DNA of 63,699 nt, counting the filler, from Octopus bimaculoides (taxonomy: Eukaryota): the NCBI RefSeq assembly GCF_001194135.2. It is 5 parts of 5 records of this genome, joined end to end, with 100 filler letters (N's around TTAATTAATTAA, not from the genome) between each part and the next. Parts side by side here need not be neighbours in the genome. Positions count along the whole stretch, not along the records: positions 44,548 to 62,295 come from NC_069003.1; positions 62,396 to 63,699 come from NC_068996.1; 3 more parts are not named here. The stretch is one strand, 5' to 3'. Positions 50,960-63,699 of this stretch are shown piece after piece. Position 1 is the first letter of the stretch; the number at the start of each line of letters is the position of its first letter. A model generated the notes under the pieces. The model did no database searches, was not told the origin of the DNA, and saw only the letters and a list, made by a program, of their open reading frames with translations. The position numbers and the translations under genes are program-made.

Positions 50960-51903
50960 TTTGGCATTCAGCATATAAGAATGAAAGAAACGATCAGGAA
51001 GGAATATTACTGGAAAGTTCGAGCAGTCTTAAAATCCGAGTTAAATGCAGGTAACAAGTTGTTGGCTTTAAATTCCTTAGCAGTTCCCGTTATTTACAGT
51101 TTTGTGTTGAACAGAAATATGGGCGAAATATGGAAGATTGACTGGAAAATCCATAAGCTGCTGACATGCAATACGATGCACCAAGGAGGTCGAGGCTTGA
51201 TCCAATATGATACAAAAACCACCACGATTGGACTAGCAAAATTTCTTGAAACATCTAACCACTGGATTCTAAAGGTCAGGCATTTAGGCAGAGAGTGAAG
51301 ACTTTATATTGGCTGCTCAAGATATGAGCTTATTGACCGGGAACTATCAAACCAATCTAATGAAAAATGGTGTAGACCCAAGGTGCCAATACTGTAATGA
51401 TGGGATTGAAAGTGGACCACCTAATCTCTGGTTGTAAGGTTTTAGCACCTGTAGAATAAAAATCAAGACAAAACAGAGTTGGCCAATAACTACATTGAAT
51501 AATATGTCAGCATTATAAAATCAAAACTGCTGACAGATGGTACAAGCACCAAACTGAGGGAGAAAATATAACGATTCTTTGGGACTTACCAGTATGTACA
51601 GACCGGACCATCAAATCAAATAAACCAGATATTGTTGTGAAAGAACACATGAGCGTACTCTCTGACCATAATATCTCGGCAAAAGAATTTGATTAGCTCA
51701 GAAAATATAAAGATTTGCTGACAGAAATTTTTTTTAAGAATGTGGCATCTTAAGACGGTTACAATACCAATGTAGGAGCACTTGGAATGATCAAAAGTGG
51801 AACTGAAAATTATTTAAGCATGATTCCTGGCTTACCATCCATGCAGGAAGTGCAAACGATTGCCTTGACTGATACGTCATATATATTTAGAAGATCATTG
51901 TCG
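50960..51903 (+). mobile_element. R4/Dong-clade non-LTR retrotransposon, degraded 3' portion
   Basis: KETIRKEYYWKVRAVLKSELNAGNKLLALNSLAVPVI...GGRGLIQ; zinc knuckle CQYC...HLISGC; restriction-like endonuclease ILWD...NKPDIVV; VGALGMIK. Contains frameshifts and stops. Confidence 0.85.
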
Positions 51904-52780
51904 CTCTTCTTTCCTTTACCGCCTTTATTTTGTCCTTATTTCTTTTTTCCTTTTTGACTTTCTACCCGTCTTTTTCAGTCACAAAGGTGATACGTTAGTG
52001 CTATGCCAGGAACTTTCAAATTAAATATAAGAATTTACACATCTCAGTTTCTATACAAGAGTTTTGTAATGAATTTCAATAGCTTACAATTGTTTCTGCT
52101 ATAAAATGGCCACTATATATTTAAAACATTTGTATATTGCCTGCGAACACCAGGTTATTAGTATCGCTATACCTACATGAAATATTAGAATACTCTCTCT
52201 TTCTCTCTCCCACACACACACACTTTAATTTTCCGAAAGATCGGTTTGTCTATTGCCATTCTATCATGTCAGATTCTACTAAAACTTTTATATTGACAAA
52301 TATTTTCACCTTTTAGCTATATTGGAAAGTGTTGCTTGAATTACAATGACAGTAGGTTAATTTTTATATTACTGTTAGTGTGAAGACTAAAATTTCTCGT
52401 TACACCAAACATGAATAGCTTTAAGCTATTTCCTCTTCTGAGAAAATGAGGAATGATTATTGAAAACTAACAAATATTAGATGCCTGAAACACGTCTTCC
52501 AGTTCCATGTATTGCTTAACAAATGCTTTTGGATTACATGAAATATTAATTTGTGAGTGAAAACGGTATTACATTTGCGCACACAAATATTCTTCCCATT
52601 TATATAATTCGGTGTTAATATCAGTTAAACATGGATTTATTCCACATGGAATTTAAATGTTTCTTTATGCATCTTTGTAGTCTTTGTAACAATTTATATT
52701 CATTTCATGTCTTTTGGTTATTTGTGTACAATTAGCAATCTATTATACTTGATTGTTTGAAATATTACTTATGCCAAAGA

Positions 52781-52995
52781 AGGTGACGGACTGACAGAAT
52801 CTTTGGCTTGCCGAGCAAAATACTTAGTGGCAGCTCGTCCGTACTTGGGTTTTGAGTTCGATTCCCACCAACATCAACTTTGGCCTTTACTCTTTACGGG
52901 GTCTCTAAAATAAGTCCCAGTTAAGCTCTGGGAGTCGATATAATCTACTTACCTACTACCAGGACATTGTTGGCCCCGTACCAAAATTTTGAAAC
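52781..52995 (+). mobile_element. SINE family A, old copy
   Basis: Degenerate head and body. Confidence 0.6.
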
Positions 52996-54671
52996 CAAAA
53001 ACATTTGAAATTCAAGGAAAATTGTTGTGCTATTCAGAATCTCCGTGAGTGATGGGAGAGACGGATCATTTATACTGAGACTGCGCAATTAAAGAAACAA
53101 ATGATCAGGTAATGGCGTTAAACCTGGCCACAGATTAAGTTTAGCGCAACACTGTTTACCAAATCTCATCAGAAGGCTTTAGTTAACACGAAGCTGACGA
53201 GAAGAGATGTTTGCTTTCACGTAGCAGAGTCATGACTTTTGGTTGTATGTGGTAGTAACTAAATAGTTTCTCTCTATACAACGAGGTAAATGTGGAGTCT
53301 AAATTTACCATTCACAGAAACGTAACTAAATATAAGAATATGTTTTGCTAGGTTCGCTTTTGATATTAGAAGAATCGTTGAACTTCTATTCAATACTCCC
53401 ATTCTTTGGACAGATTTTGTTACAACCGAAATTCTCTTAGAAGAAATACGAGAAAATTAATTTCAATATAACTTTAGTTTTACGGAAATACAACTGATAG
53501 GTAATTACGTATAGTTTTCCTATTTTCCTTCCTCTTTGCTGTATTAGGTTCGTCATTTCTACTGACCTTCAGCAATACAAGAAAATAGTGAAGTTGACAG
53601 CGATCTTGAATGCTTAGCATTTTATGGACAGCAAGGCAAATCGTTATTCTAACTGATCAAAACGAAGCAACTTATTTAACATTCAGATACGATTAATCAA
53701 ATTGTGAAAACGTGAAACTCTGGAGATGTGTTGTCATATAAATATATTACTACTAAAATTAACATTTCATTTAGAACCACGTATCTCTTCCACCCCGGGA
53801 CAAATACATTTCTTTTGCATAAAATTCATAGCCATATTGTATATTTAACTTCTCAAAACGTTCAATAAATAGTAATAACCGTATTTGCACGAGTCTCAAA
53901 CAACAAAGCCTCTGGCACTTTCAAAATAAAATGTTAATTCACTCTGCTGTGCAACCAAATATTAGATTCTGCACATTATCAGTTGTCTAGGTTTCAATAA
54001 TGGACGATGCTTAATTCGACAAACACCAATCTATGTTTTTGCATACTTGACCAACATCTGGTATGCAAGTAGATCATCTGATTCATGGCTACCAATCCAA
54101 ACTTCCTGTCATTGAAAATCTATTTATAATCTAAGATGGCGAGAAATGTATTCCTGGGTTTACTTCCCGTTGCATAATGAGATTTAACATCTGTAATTAT
54201 TATGCCACTATATAATTCTTTAATCTCATAGACCCCCCACACCTCATATAGATAGGAGCATTATTTAGGTTTTGTTTCGTTTCATAAATATTGCTACTAA
54301 CTAACGTTCAATTATAAGATCTGGACAAAAATTATGACTAATTATTCCTTGTTTGTTCTTTGTACTGTATAGAAAGGCGTTTCCACGTTTATAGCTCATC
54401 AGTTCAAAATTCTTCTCTCTAGTAAAGTAAAATTAAATTTAAAAAACAAAAACAGTCGGATATCAAATGTGTAGGAGTTAGATACACATAATCTAAATAC
54501 AACTTAATGCAACCTGTCTTAGCTGACCCTTAATTTGAAATATTTATGAATAGCTAATGCACGCATATATATATATATTATCAGCCGTTTTGTGGCTTTG
54601 GGCTATTTTAACTCTTGATTTTAGCAAAAAGCGGAGCTAGTCAGTACCATCTGTCACTTTTGCAACCTCTG

Positions 54672-54715
<44 letters not shown>

Positions 54716-57199
54716 TAAATAAGTATATACAGGTGTGTAGGTGTGCATGTGAAAGTATACTTAAGCATGTAAAAAGAGAGGCAGTCAAAGATAGGGATTA
54801 AGATGGATAGATAAATTGATAGACAGAGAAGAGGAGGAAAGGCTGAGAAGACGATGGTGGGAGAAGAAAAAGTAGTAGTAGTAGTTGTTATTGTTGTTCG
54901 TAAGGAAGACAGACAAAACAAATATGTCGGTGTTTTGTGTTGACTAGCAGCATCCCGTCTTAACTCGCTCATTTCATTTTCACACGTTGCCGTCATGTTT
55001 CTATCACAATAACATCCCGGTGGAATTTTTCCTTTACCATTACAGTATAGAGTTAAGGTCTTATAAAATTGAATCGGTCTCTTGTGTTTTACCATTTCAC
55101 AAGCGCCGATAATGTTTCGCATTTTTGTTCTTTTATTTTTCTGTTTACCTTACTCCTTTTGATGAACATTTTGGACATAATTTTCTGTCAATTTGATCAA
55201 CTTCTCCGTGTATATTTAATTCTGTTCTCCTCTATCATTTTAAATCTTTCTCGGTCTCTCTCTCACTCGTCATTGTGTTCAGTGTTGGTTTGTTTCCTCG
55301 TCGCTGTTGATGTTTTTTGGTTTATTGTCATCCTTATCTGGTTGCTTGCTGGTGACGGGTCATGCTGTTGAGAAGGACATGAGATACAATAACAAAACAA
55401 ACTACCAAAATCAAATGATTACATACTTACATGTCATAGACATATGAGATATATGTATACACACACAAGCACGCGCATATATATATANNNNNNNNNNNNN
55501 NNNNNNNNNNNNNNNNNNNNNNNNNNNNNNNNNNNNNNNNNNNNNNNNNNNNNNNNNNNNNNNNNNNNNNNNNNNNNNNNNNNNNNNNNNNNNNNNNNNN
55601 NNNNNNNNNNNNNNNNNNNNNNNNNNNNNNNNNNNNNNNNNNNNNNNNNNNNNNNNNNNNNNNNNNNNNNNNNNNNNNNNNNNNNNNNNNNNNNNNNNNN
55701 NNNNNNNNNNNNNNNNNNNNNNNNNNNNNNNNNNNNNNNNNNNNNNNNNNNNNNNNNNNNNNNNNNNNNNNNNNNNNNNNNNNNNNNNNNNNNNNNNNNN
55801 NNNNNNNNNNNNNNNNNNNNNNNNNNNNNNNNNNNNNNNNNNNNNNNNNNNNNNNNNNNNNNNNNNNNNNNNNNNNNNNNNNNNNNNNNNNNNNNNNNNN
55901 NNNNNNNNNNNNNNNNNNNNNNNNNNNNNNNNNNNNNNNNNNNNNNNNNNNNNNNNNNNNNNNNNNNNNNNNNNNNNNNNNNNNNNNNNNNNNNNNNNNN
56001 NNNNNNNNNNNNNNNNNNNNNNNNNNNNNNNNNNNNNNNNNNNNNNNNNNNNNNNNNNNNNNNNNNNNNNNNNNNNNNNNNNNNNNNNNNNNNNNNNNNN
56101 NNNNNNNNNNNNNNNNNNNNNNNNNNNNNNNNNNNNNNNNNNNNNNNNNNNNNNNNNNNNNNNNNNNNNNTATATATGCATAATTGTATATCTACACACC
56201 TTTGCATGCATACACAAACATATTTCTATATACGTTTGTGTGTGTATGTGTCTATCGTAATACTAGTAGTAGTAGTAGTAGTAGTAGTAAGAAAAAGAAG
56301 CAGATTTAGAAGAGGAGTGGGAAGAATAGTGACCCTGGAATCTGATCAAAATATTTGACTGAAATGTAAATAGCGGTATCGAAAGAGCACGTTAGATGTG
56401 TGATAAAATAACAAATTTTCTTTAAGATATCCCCTCCCTCCTTATGTTAATTATACTATATCTAATACAATTTAGACATGAATGAAAAAAGCAGTGAATT
56501 GTCCTTTAGATTATCGGCACACGTCTAAAGTCATCTAATATGCCAGACGGTGATGTTAGTCTGGGCGACTGTTTAAGTCTGTAACTAAAACGCCAAGTAA
56601 ATCTAAATGTAGGACTTTAGCTCACACCAAAATTCCATCAAAAACCTTATTTCAAACTGAAGTTATGATAGAATAAGAGATATTTATACAAGATATCACA
56701 ATGTTGGCTCGAACTTCATGATTGCAAAGCGATCTTTGAACCACCTGTTAATGACTACCTTTTTGTTAGCCTAACACTCTGAAAAAAACCTCATGTTAAT
56801 AAAATAGCAGGTAGGAAAAAGTTGCTTCAAATGAAACTCCGACGCGTCCATTGTTGCGGTTACCACACAGCTTAATATTCGCATGATAATGGTTATGCAT
56901 TATTGCTGCTGTATCAATCACAAATGGGCTAATGGACACGTTACTTAATGTATTGTTTAAATAAATATCCACACCAGCAGACTTTCGCATATCTCTATAG
57001 TTATCCAGTATTACAGTACCAATTATTAGTACACTATTATCATTTTTATAACATAAAAAAAAATAGGTTCTGTATTAGTACATCCAATCTGGTTGTATGC
57101 TAATGTTCTATTTTTAAAGCCAGATATATACCTGTAAGCGTTCTACATTATATTTTCTTTAAGATATTGAAATTATGTAGCATGGCGTATATAAAGCAG

Positions 57200-57905
57200 A
57201 ATTTTACATTCCGAATGTAAGTGTATTTTTGAAAGCTAATGACGTACACCTTGATGGAGTAGGTTCCATTGTTGCAGAAAATAAACCACATAGGCTATAT
57301 CTGTCAATGGTATTATGGAAATTATAGCTACTCCCCAATGATGCCAATGCTATAATGGTCTGTTCTGATATAGAAAATCCTTTTCGTTTATACTGGATGT
57401 ATTCATGCAAGGTAGAGTCACGCATTTTTTTGTTAATGGATACGCAACCCATTCACTTTCCGATAGTAATTGGCATGTAAAAGCAAGCAATGCATACCTT
57501 TATAATTGTTCATATGATAGTGAAATGTGTCAGATATATGTCAAATTTTGCTGGTGTTCTGGTATTGGATTTTAGCTGGTCGTAATCTAATCCAATTCCT
57601 GCAAGAACTTTGTTGCTGCAGTGAAAACATATTATTTATTACCTATCTTCTATCTTAGCCTCGCAGTTAACATGATCACGTAATTTTCTTTATTGTGAAT
57701 TCTGAGATACATTAATAGCAGGTTTATAAAATGTTCGTTGAGATGCAATTGTTCCCTGCTGGCATCTCAATACAAAAATACCCATAGAATATAGAATTAT
57801 TCGGCTTCGTATATTATGTTAGTTCCATAATGTTCAAAATTGTCTGTCGACATTTTAGCCTTCTGCACTGTATCCCTAAAACCTAGTCTTAGGGATACCA
57901 CACAA
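57200..57905 (-). mobile_element. Highly degraded CR1/L2-like RT relic
   Basis: Minus-strand TGTGGTATCCCTAAG...GTTTTAGG resembles GIPQGSVLG; a later remnant resembles PILEYAS. Confidence 0.3.
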
Positions 57906-58044
57906 AATGCATTATACAATTGTTTCAGCATTATAGGGAGTGCCAAACATGCATATAGTCAGAGAGCAAGATACAAACACATATATATACACATATATAC
58001 ACACACATATATACACACACATATATATATATATATACATGTGT

Positions 58045-58185
58045 GTGTATGTTTCGAGTTCAAATTTCAGCGTGGTCGACTTTCCCTTTCATCCTTTTGG
58101 GGTCGATAAATTAAGTACCAGTTTTTCAGTGGGGTCGATGTAATCTATCTACCCTCTCCCCGGTTTTACTGGCCTTGTACCAAAA
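58045..58185 (+). mobile_element. SINE family A, 5'-truncated
   Basis: GAGTTCAAATTTCAGCGTGGTCGACTTTCCCTTTCATCC. Confidence 0.7.
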
Positions 58186-58566
58186 TTAGAATCCAGTGGT
58201 GGTGGTGGTGGTGGTGGTGATAGTAATAGTATTGCTATGGCGTTGTTAGCTGTAGGCTTTCTACAGATTGACCCCCACCTGTGTCACTGGATTTACAATC
58301 TTTAGATTTACAATGAAAAGTATATGAAATTCGGGCTGGGCAAAACGTGCAAAGGTTCGTTGTTCAATCGCATCGGCTTTTTTCTTTCTTTCTTTTTTTT
58401 TTTTTTTTTTTTTTGAGAACCACTGCTTTAGACAGTCACTGAAGTGAAACTTTTGAAAATAATATTAAAAATGCCGCTACAACTATATCATTGAGAGAAT
58501 GTGTTTGATTAATTAATACAGTTCTTTATTTAATTGTATAATTTGTTTAATATATCTTATCTTTCT

Positions 58567-58780
58567 AAGGCGGTGAGCTGGCAGAAACGTTAGCACGCCG
58601 GGCGAAATGCTTAGCGGTATTTCGTCTGTCTTTAAGTTCTGGGTTCAAATTCCGCCGAGGTCGACTTTGCCTTTCATCCTCTCTGAGTCGATAAATTAAG
58701 TACCAGTTATGCAGTGGGGTCGATATGATCGACTTAATTCCTTCCCAAAACTTCCGGGCCTTGTGCCTAGAGTAGAAAAG
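58567..58780 (+). mobile_element. SINE family A
   Basis: Full head and body; TATATCTTAT on both sides. Confidence 0.88.
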
Positions 58781-60094
58781 TATATATCTTATATTTTAAC
58801 TGAGAGGTGATACTCGGTGAACAAGTTTGTTAGTTTCTAATATCAGCTTTTTGAAGAACTCGTTGTTTCCCAAAGTTGAGTCTCCTGAGAAAATTCTTTT
58901 AAATACCAGCGATCTTTGCTATTGAAATGATTATGTAACCATTGTTATATTGAATCAAACCAATTACGATATTAATCCTGAGAATATTTCTATTATCTGT
59001 TAATTAATCACTGATAAGTAGCTAGTTAATTATTACGTTGTGATTGAGCAAGTCTACTCCACTGAAATTTAATTAGATTTTCTCTTTAATATTCAGTCAT
59101 CCTATTTATCATGATTCAGGTGCAGGGGTCTGTTAATACATTAACTGTAGGCATATGCTGAGGGAATATCTACTTGAGGCATAAATATGTTTGTTTATTA
59201 AACATTATTTTGGAAAAATAATCCCTGCGTTGTAAATTTTTATGTTCGTATGGTTGTGCGTGGACGATCAATTCAGATATCTACTGTCAACAACTAATGA
59301 AAACAGAGGGAGCAATCAAAAGAAATACATCTTCGATCCAACCTAAAAGCACGTTGTGGATACCATTCTTGCTTTGTATATCCTTCCAAAACGTTACTTT
59401 TCTCTGCATCGTTATAACTATCACGCAGACTTCTCAAACACTTTCTTAGGATTATTTCAAAACCACTTTCTCTGTTGAAGGTGGTTATTTTGATCTTAGA
59501 TCCTTCTACATTAACTACCTTTACCGTCAGTCTTGACTTCACTTATTTGCAACATTTCTCTTTTCACATCGTATTTTCTTTCTAGTGACATTTTATTTCC
59601 TTGGTGTAATTTCTTTAAGGGCCTGTTCAGCTCCCATTTCAAACTCGTGATGCTTTCTCGATCAGCTTTTCTCAGAGTATTATGTGTATTTCCGTTATCT
59701 CTTTAGCCAGCTATCTTTAGCTACAACTGCTGCTACTCCTGCTTGTATATATTATTAATCACCAGAGAGAAGTAAGTGGAATATAAAATAGATAAGTGAA
59801 AGGAAAAATTAATGGTGACAGGGAAAGAGAAAATAAAAATAGAATGAATGCAAATGTGGTTAAAGTTTTCTTCGCTAAAAATTACATTTTGAGCCTCGCG
59901 TGGGATGTTGTAGACAAGAGAAAGCGGAGCATAATATTGATGCGAAAAAAAAAACATAATAAACGTTTAAATAAGAAATTAATTACGGTGATATACTCCT
60001 TTTATGGTAGAAGTTTAGAACTCGGCAGCTGAAGTGAGAACGCACAAAGTATCTTACTGAGAAATACGGATTGAAGAGACCACTACGAGACGAG

Positions 60095-60285
60095 AGGTGG
60101 AAAAATGCTTGGCGGCATTTCGTCCGTCCTCATGTTCCGAGTTCAAATTCTGCCGAGGTCGACCTTGCCTTTCATCCATTCGAGGTCGTTAATTTAAGTA
60201 CCAGTGAAAAACTCGGGTTGATGTAATCGACGACTCGTCTCTTCCCACAAAATTTCAGGCCTTGTGCTTTTACTAGAAATGATTA
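60095..60285 (+). mobile_element. SINE family A, 5'-truncated
   Basis: AAATGCTTGGCGGCATTTCGTCC...GAGGTCGACCTTGCCTTTCATCC. Confidence 0.75.
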
Positions 60286-61699
60286 TCACTTAGTCCTGGG
60301 CCATATCTGACCGAACAAATTATCGACTGCGATTTTCGATTTTATCGATAAGACGGTAAGGTATGACCCAAGGAGCGTTGAGACCAGCCAACTCGTTCAC
60401 ACGTCTCACCTCTTGCCAGGCATAATGTTGAGACAGCCGCACGCTGAGTCTCCATTCTCATCACTTTCATGAATTTTCGTCGCTATGAATATAGTACAAA
60501 TATTTTCCAGTTGTGATGGAGCAACCACAGATCGTTATGTCAGGAAAGCTTGTATTAAACTTCAAGCAGTATGTGTCTTCTACTATGTAGTTTTTGCTGC
60601 TATTATTTATAAAAGACCAACATAGTTAAAACTCAATGTTTAGTTGTAAACTTTTGTTAATTGTTTTCGATTGTAGTCACTCGTTTCTTCACGCGGTTCG
60701 AAAAATAAATTTTTATTCAGTAACTCGACCAGTCATCACTTCAGACCAGCCAACAACAAACAATAACCACACCAACACAGCTTACGACTATTTATAGTAA
60801 ATGAGAGGACGGCAAAGATGCGATGATGGTATTGTTGTTGTTGTTAATGCTGTGGCTGTTGGTGTTCACATAGTTCTTTGGATCTGTCTTTGATTTACTG
60901 TTTCCAAGATTTATAGAATCAAGCTGCGATTAGCAACAATTGACAATTCTTCTCCACACCTCCCCTTCTCCCATCCGCACACACTCACACACCATCGAGA
61001 TATTTCGATTCCAGCAATGTCTTTGAGAAGACAAAAGTTGTTAAGATAGATGAGTTCTTCGAAAATATTTCTGCTTCCATGGAGGAACGATTTCTTCTCT
61101 CTTTCGGTTAACTTCGTTCCTATTTTCTGCTTGCTGTCTGATATTTCAACAGCGGCAAAAATAGAGGAGACAGAGGTAGATATATAGATGGATAGATGGA
61201 TAGATAATGAGAGAGAGAGAGAGAACGAGGCGGGGGAGGATATGATGAAGAAAAAGACGAGACAAAGGAAAAATGAGTGATGCTTTGAATAATAATAGAA
61301 AGAAAATATGAAAAGAGATGGTAAATATAGGATATATAGTGTGGGGGAGAGGAAGGGAGCAATGAAGAAAGACGGAGATGGTGAGAAGGAAGGAAGGAAG
61401 GAATAACTAGGAACGAGAAAAGAAATGAGATGATACAGAAATACAGGACCGAAGGAGACAAAGTGAGTGTGTGGGAGAATGAAAAGATAACGATAGAAAA
61501 ATAGAAGGCCAAAGTGGTTGAGGGAAAGAAAGAAAGACAATTTCGTTCACATCTCTCTACTTCATTCCTATCTCTTTCAATCCATCTTTCCTATTATATC
61601 TCTCTATAATTCCTCACTCTTTCTTTTTACTTTTCTTCCAATTTTCTCTTATTTACTATTCACACCATTACTCATTTTATTTTCCTTCTTCAGGTCTTT

Positions 61700-61710
61700 C
61701 TCTCTCTTTT

Positions 61711-61750
<40 letters not shown>

Positions 61751-62295
61751 AATCTCTCTCTCTGTCTCTCTCTCTTATAACCTCGCTTTCTCTCTCTCTC
61801 TCGCGCTCTCTTATAACATCGCTGTCTCTCTCTCTCTCTCGCGCTCTCTCTCTCTCTCTCGCGCTCACTCTCTCTCTCTCTCTCTCTCTCGCGCTCTCTC
61901 GCGCTCTCTCTCTCTCGCGCTCACTCTCTCTCTCTCTCTCTCTCTCGCGCTCTCTCGCGCTCTCTCTCTCTCGCGCTCTCGCTCTCTCTCTCGCGCGCTC
62001 TCTCTCCCTCTCGCGCGCTCTCCCTCCCTCTCGCTCGCTCCCTCTCGCTCTCTCTCTCTCGCTCGCTCTCTCTCTCTGTCTATCGCTCGCTCTCTGTCTC
62101 TCGCTCGCTATCTGTCTTTCTCTCTCACTCTCTTTCTCTCTCTCTCTCTCTCTTTCACTCTCTCTCTCTCTCTCTCGCTCTCTCGCTCGCGCTCTCTCCC
62201 GCTCTCCCTCTCGCTCGCTATCTCTCTCTCTCGCTCGCTCTCCCTCTCGCTCGCTCTCCCTCTCGCTCGCTCGCTCTCTCTCTCGCTCTCCCTCT
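61700..62295. repeat. Long mosaic (CT)n/(CG)/(CGCT)n microsatellite
   Basis: Directly visible; runs into a gap. Confidence 0.95.
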
Positions 62296-62395
62296 NNNNN
62301 NNNNNNNNNNNNNNNNNNNNNNNNNNNNNNNNNNNNNNNTTAATTAATTAANNNNNNNNNNNNNNNNNNNNNNNNNNNNNNNNNNNNNNNNNNNN

Positions 62396-62480
62396 GCGGT
62401 GTGGATGGTGGTGGGTGGATATCCACGCAGGCTAAAGTGGTGAGCCATGAGTTGAGACTGAGTCTCAAAGTCATGGCGTT
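62396..62480 (-). mobile_element. Internal fragment of the same Penelope-like family
   Basis: GATATCCACG...AGCCATGAGTTGAGACTGAGT...AAAGTCATGG matches 12205-12265. Confidence 0.65.
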
Positions 62481-62489
62481 GCCCGTGTT

Positions 62490-63699
62490 ACATGCAATTG
62501 AAGGATGAGACTTTTCTCTTATATTTTCTGTAAGGGACTGGAATAGATATGATTCGAATTTCATCAAAATTTCACATGAGGGTTCTTTCCCTCTTTACAC
62601 ACCCTAAAAATTCTAATCATGACACATGTATCCCATACTATTGATCTTTATGCGCATATTCCAAAATTTCAGTCTTCTGGAACCTGTAAAAAGGATTTTG
62701 CTCCTGAAAAATGGAGCTCATGGAGCTGTAAATGTGGGAATGAAGGCCCCTATTGGGGGTGGGTGTGTTAATGTCAACCAGAGAAGTTGAATTGTTGGGA
62801 ATGTTTTTAACTTGGGTCTTATAGTATGCCTGTATATATGTGAGAGTATAGTCTCACTTTAATAGTTTCAGTATGAAATTGAAAGTTTGAAGTGAAAGTA
62901 TTTGAAATTACAGTAGCGACATGTTATTGTTTCACTTTTGAGATGTAATACTCAAATAGTGGAATAGTTTCAGTGTGAAAGTGAAAGTATCTGACATTAC
63001 AGTAGAGTGATGTTATTGTTTCACTTTTGACACGTAATAGTGAAGTAGTCGAGGAGATATGATATTGCTGTGGGCTCGAACTATGCAAAAAGTTTAAAAT
63101 TGTTTTGGCCTAAGACACTACATGGACCCTAAGTAAGGCATGTGTTAATTTGGAATGAAATTGGTTGTGTAGTTCTGGAGTTTTAGGGATTCACACAGAC
63201 ACACATTCTCATCTTTATATATGTGTTATTTTTGCGCATATTCGAAAATTCTAGTGTTATGGACCCTGTAAAAAGGATTTTTCTCCTGAAAAATGGAGCT
63301 CTTGGAGCTGAAAAATGTGGGAGTTAAGGCTCCAATTGGGGATGTGTGTGTTAATGTCAACCAGAGAAGTTGAATTGTTGGGAATGTTTTTAACTTGGGT
63401 CTAATATGTATTGTTTGAATTTCACAATTTATGCACCACATTGCAGAAATCACAATGTAAGTATATCTGAAAGGATAGTCTTACACTGTTGTACCGTTGA
63501 ATTACAAATAATGCTCATCTGTTATGTTCAGGGGACCCTATAGCTTCTAATGGTACAACTGTATTCGTCTTTGCTTAGGAAAAATGACTAAATTGTGGGT
63601 GTGAAGTCCCCATGAAGGGGTCTTTGTAATTTCTAAGAAGAAATTTTAGAAATATCACTTTATTTGTGTGTAATATGTAAGGTTAAAATTTCATCAACA
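62490..63699. repeat. Composite dispersed-type repeat with internal direct repeats
   Basis: Repeat of about 140 bp at 62685-62820 and 63266-63402; tandem of about 95 bp at 62860-63045. Confidence 0.6.

Noticed and set aside
55069-55371. 100-aa plus-strand hydrophobic ORF
   Set aside because: It starts at TTG and is the T-rich complement of an A-rich minus-strand exon candidate.
59294-59542. 82-aa minus-strand ORF with faint LINE-like wording
   Set aside because: There is no diagnostic motif; I cannot support either a gene or an element call.
61518-62351. 277-aa Ser/Leu/Arg-rich ORF, and similar long ORFs over (CA), (TA), (TATG), (GGT) repeats and N gaps
   Set aside because: These are translations of microsatellites and gaps with no coding signal.

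Overview
AT-rich eukaryotic genomic DNA with many N gaps and dense microsatellites. The SINE, Penelope-like and mariner repeats look like those of an octopus (coleoid cephalopod); this is an inference from family resemblance, not a search result. Nearly every ORF in the supplied track is a microsatellite or gap artefact. Reading splice signals by hand gives a candidate plus-strand gene with four phase-compatible coding exons (9265-9317, 17092-17264, 46028-46095, 49417-49557). They join into a 144-aa protein I do not recognise, and the 29-kb second intron holds a possible 12-nt neural-type microexon. The most unusual signal is a cluster of minimal type I hammerhead-ribozyme motifs from three clear families and one weaker family of Penelope-like repeat. 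Two clear cases and one weaker case are back-to-back inverted pairs with one ribozyme on each strand, and several have non-canonical cores (U4C, C3U/U4C, A6U). The rest is tRNA-derived SINEs, RTE, R4/Dong and CR1-like LINE relics, Tc1/mariner fragments and MITEs. I found no CRISPR array, rRNA or genuine tRNA gene. Repeat boundaries are approximate unless a TSD or TIR is quoted.
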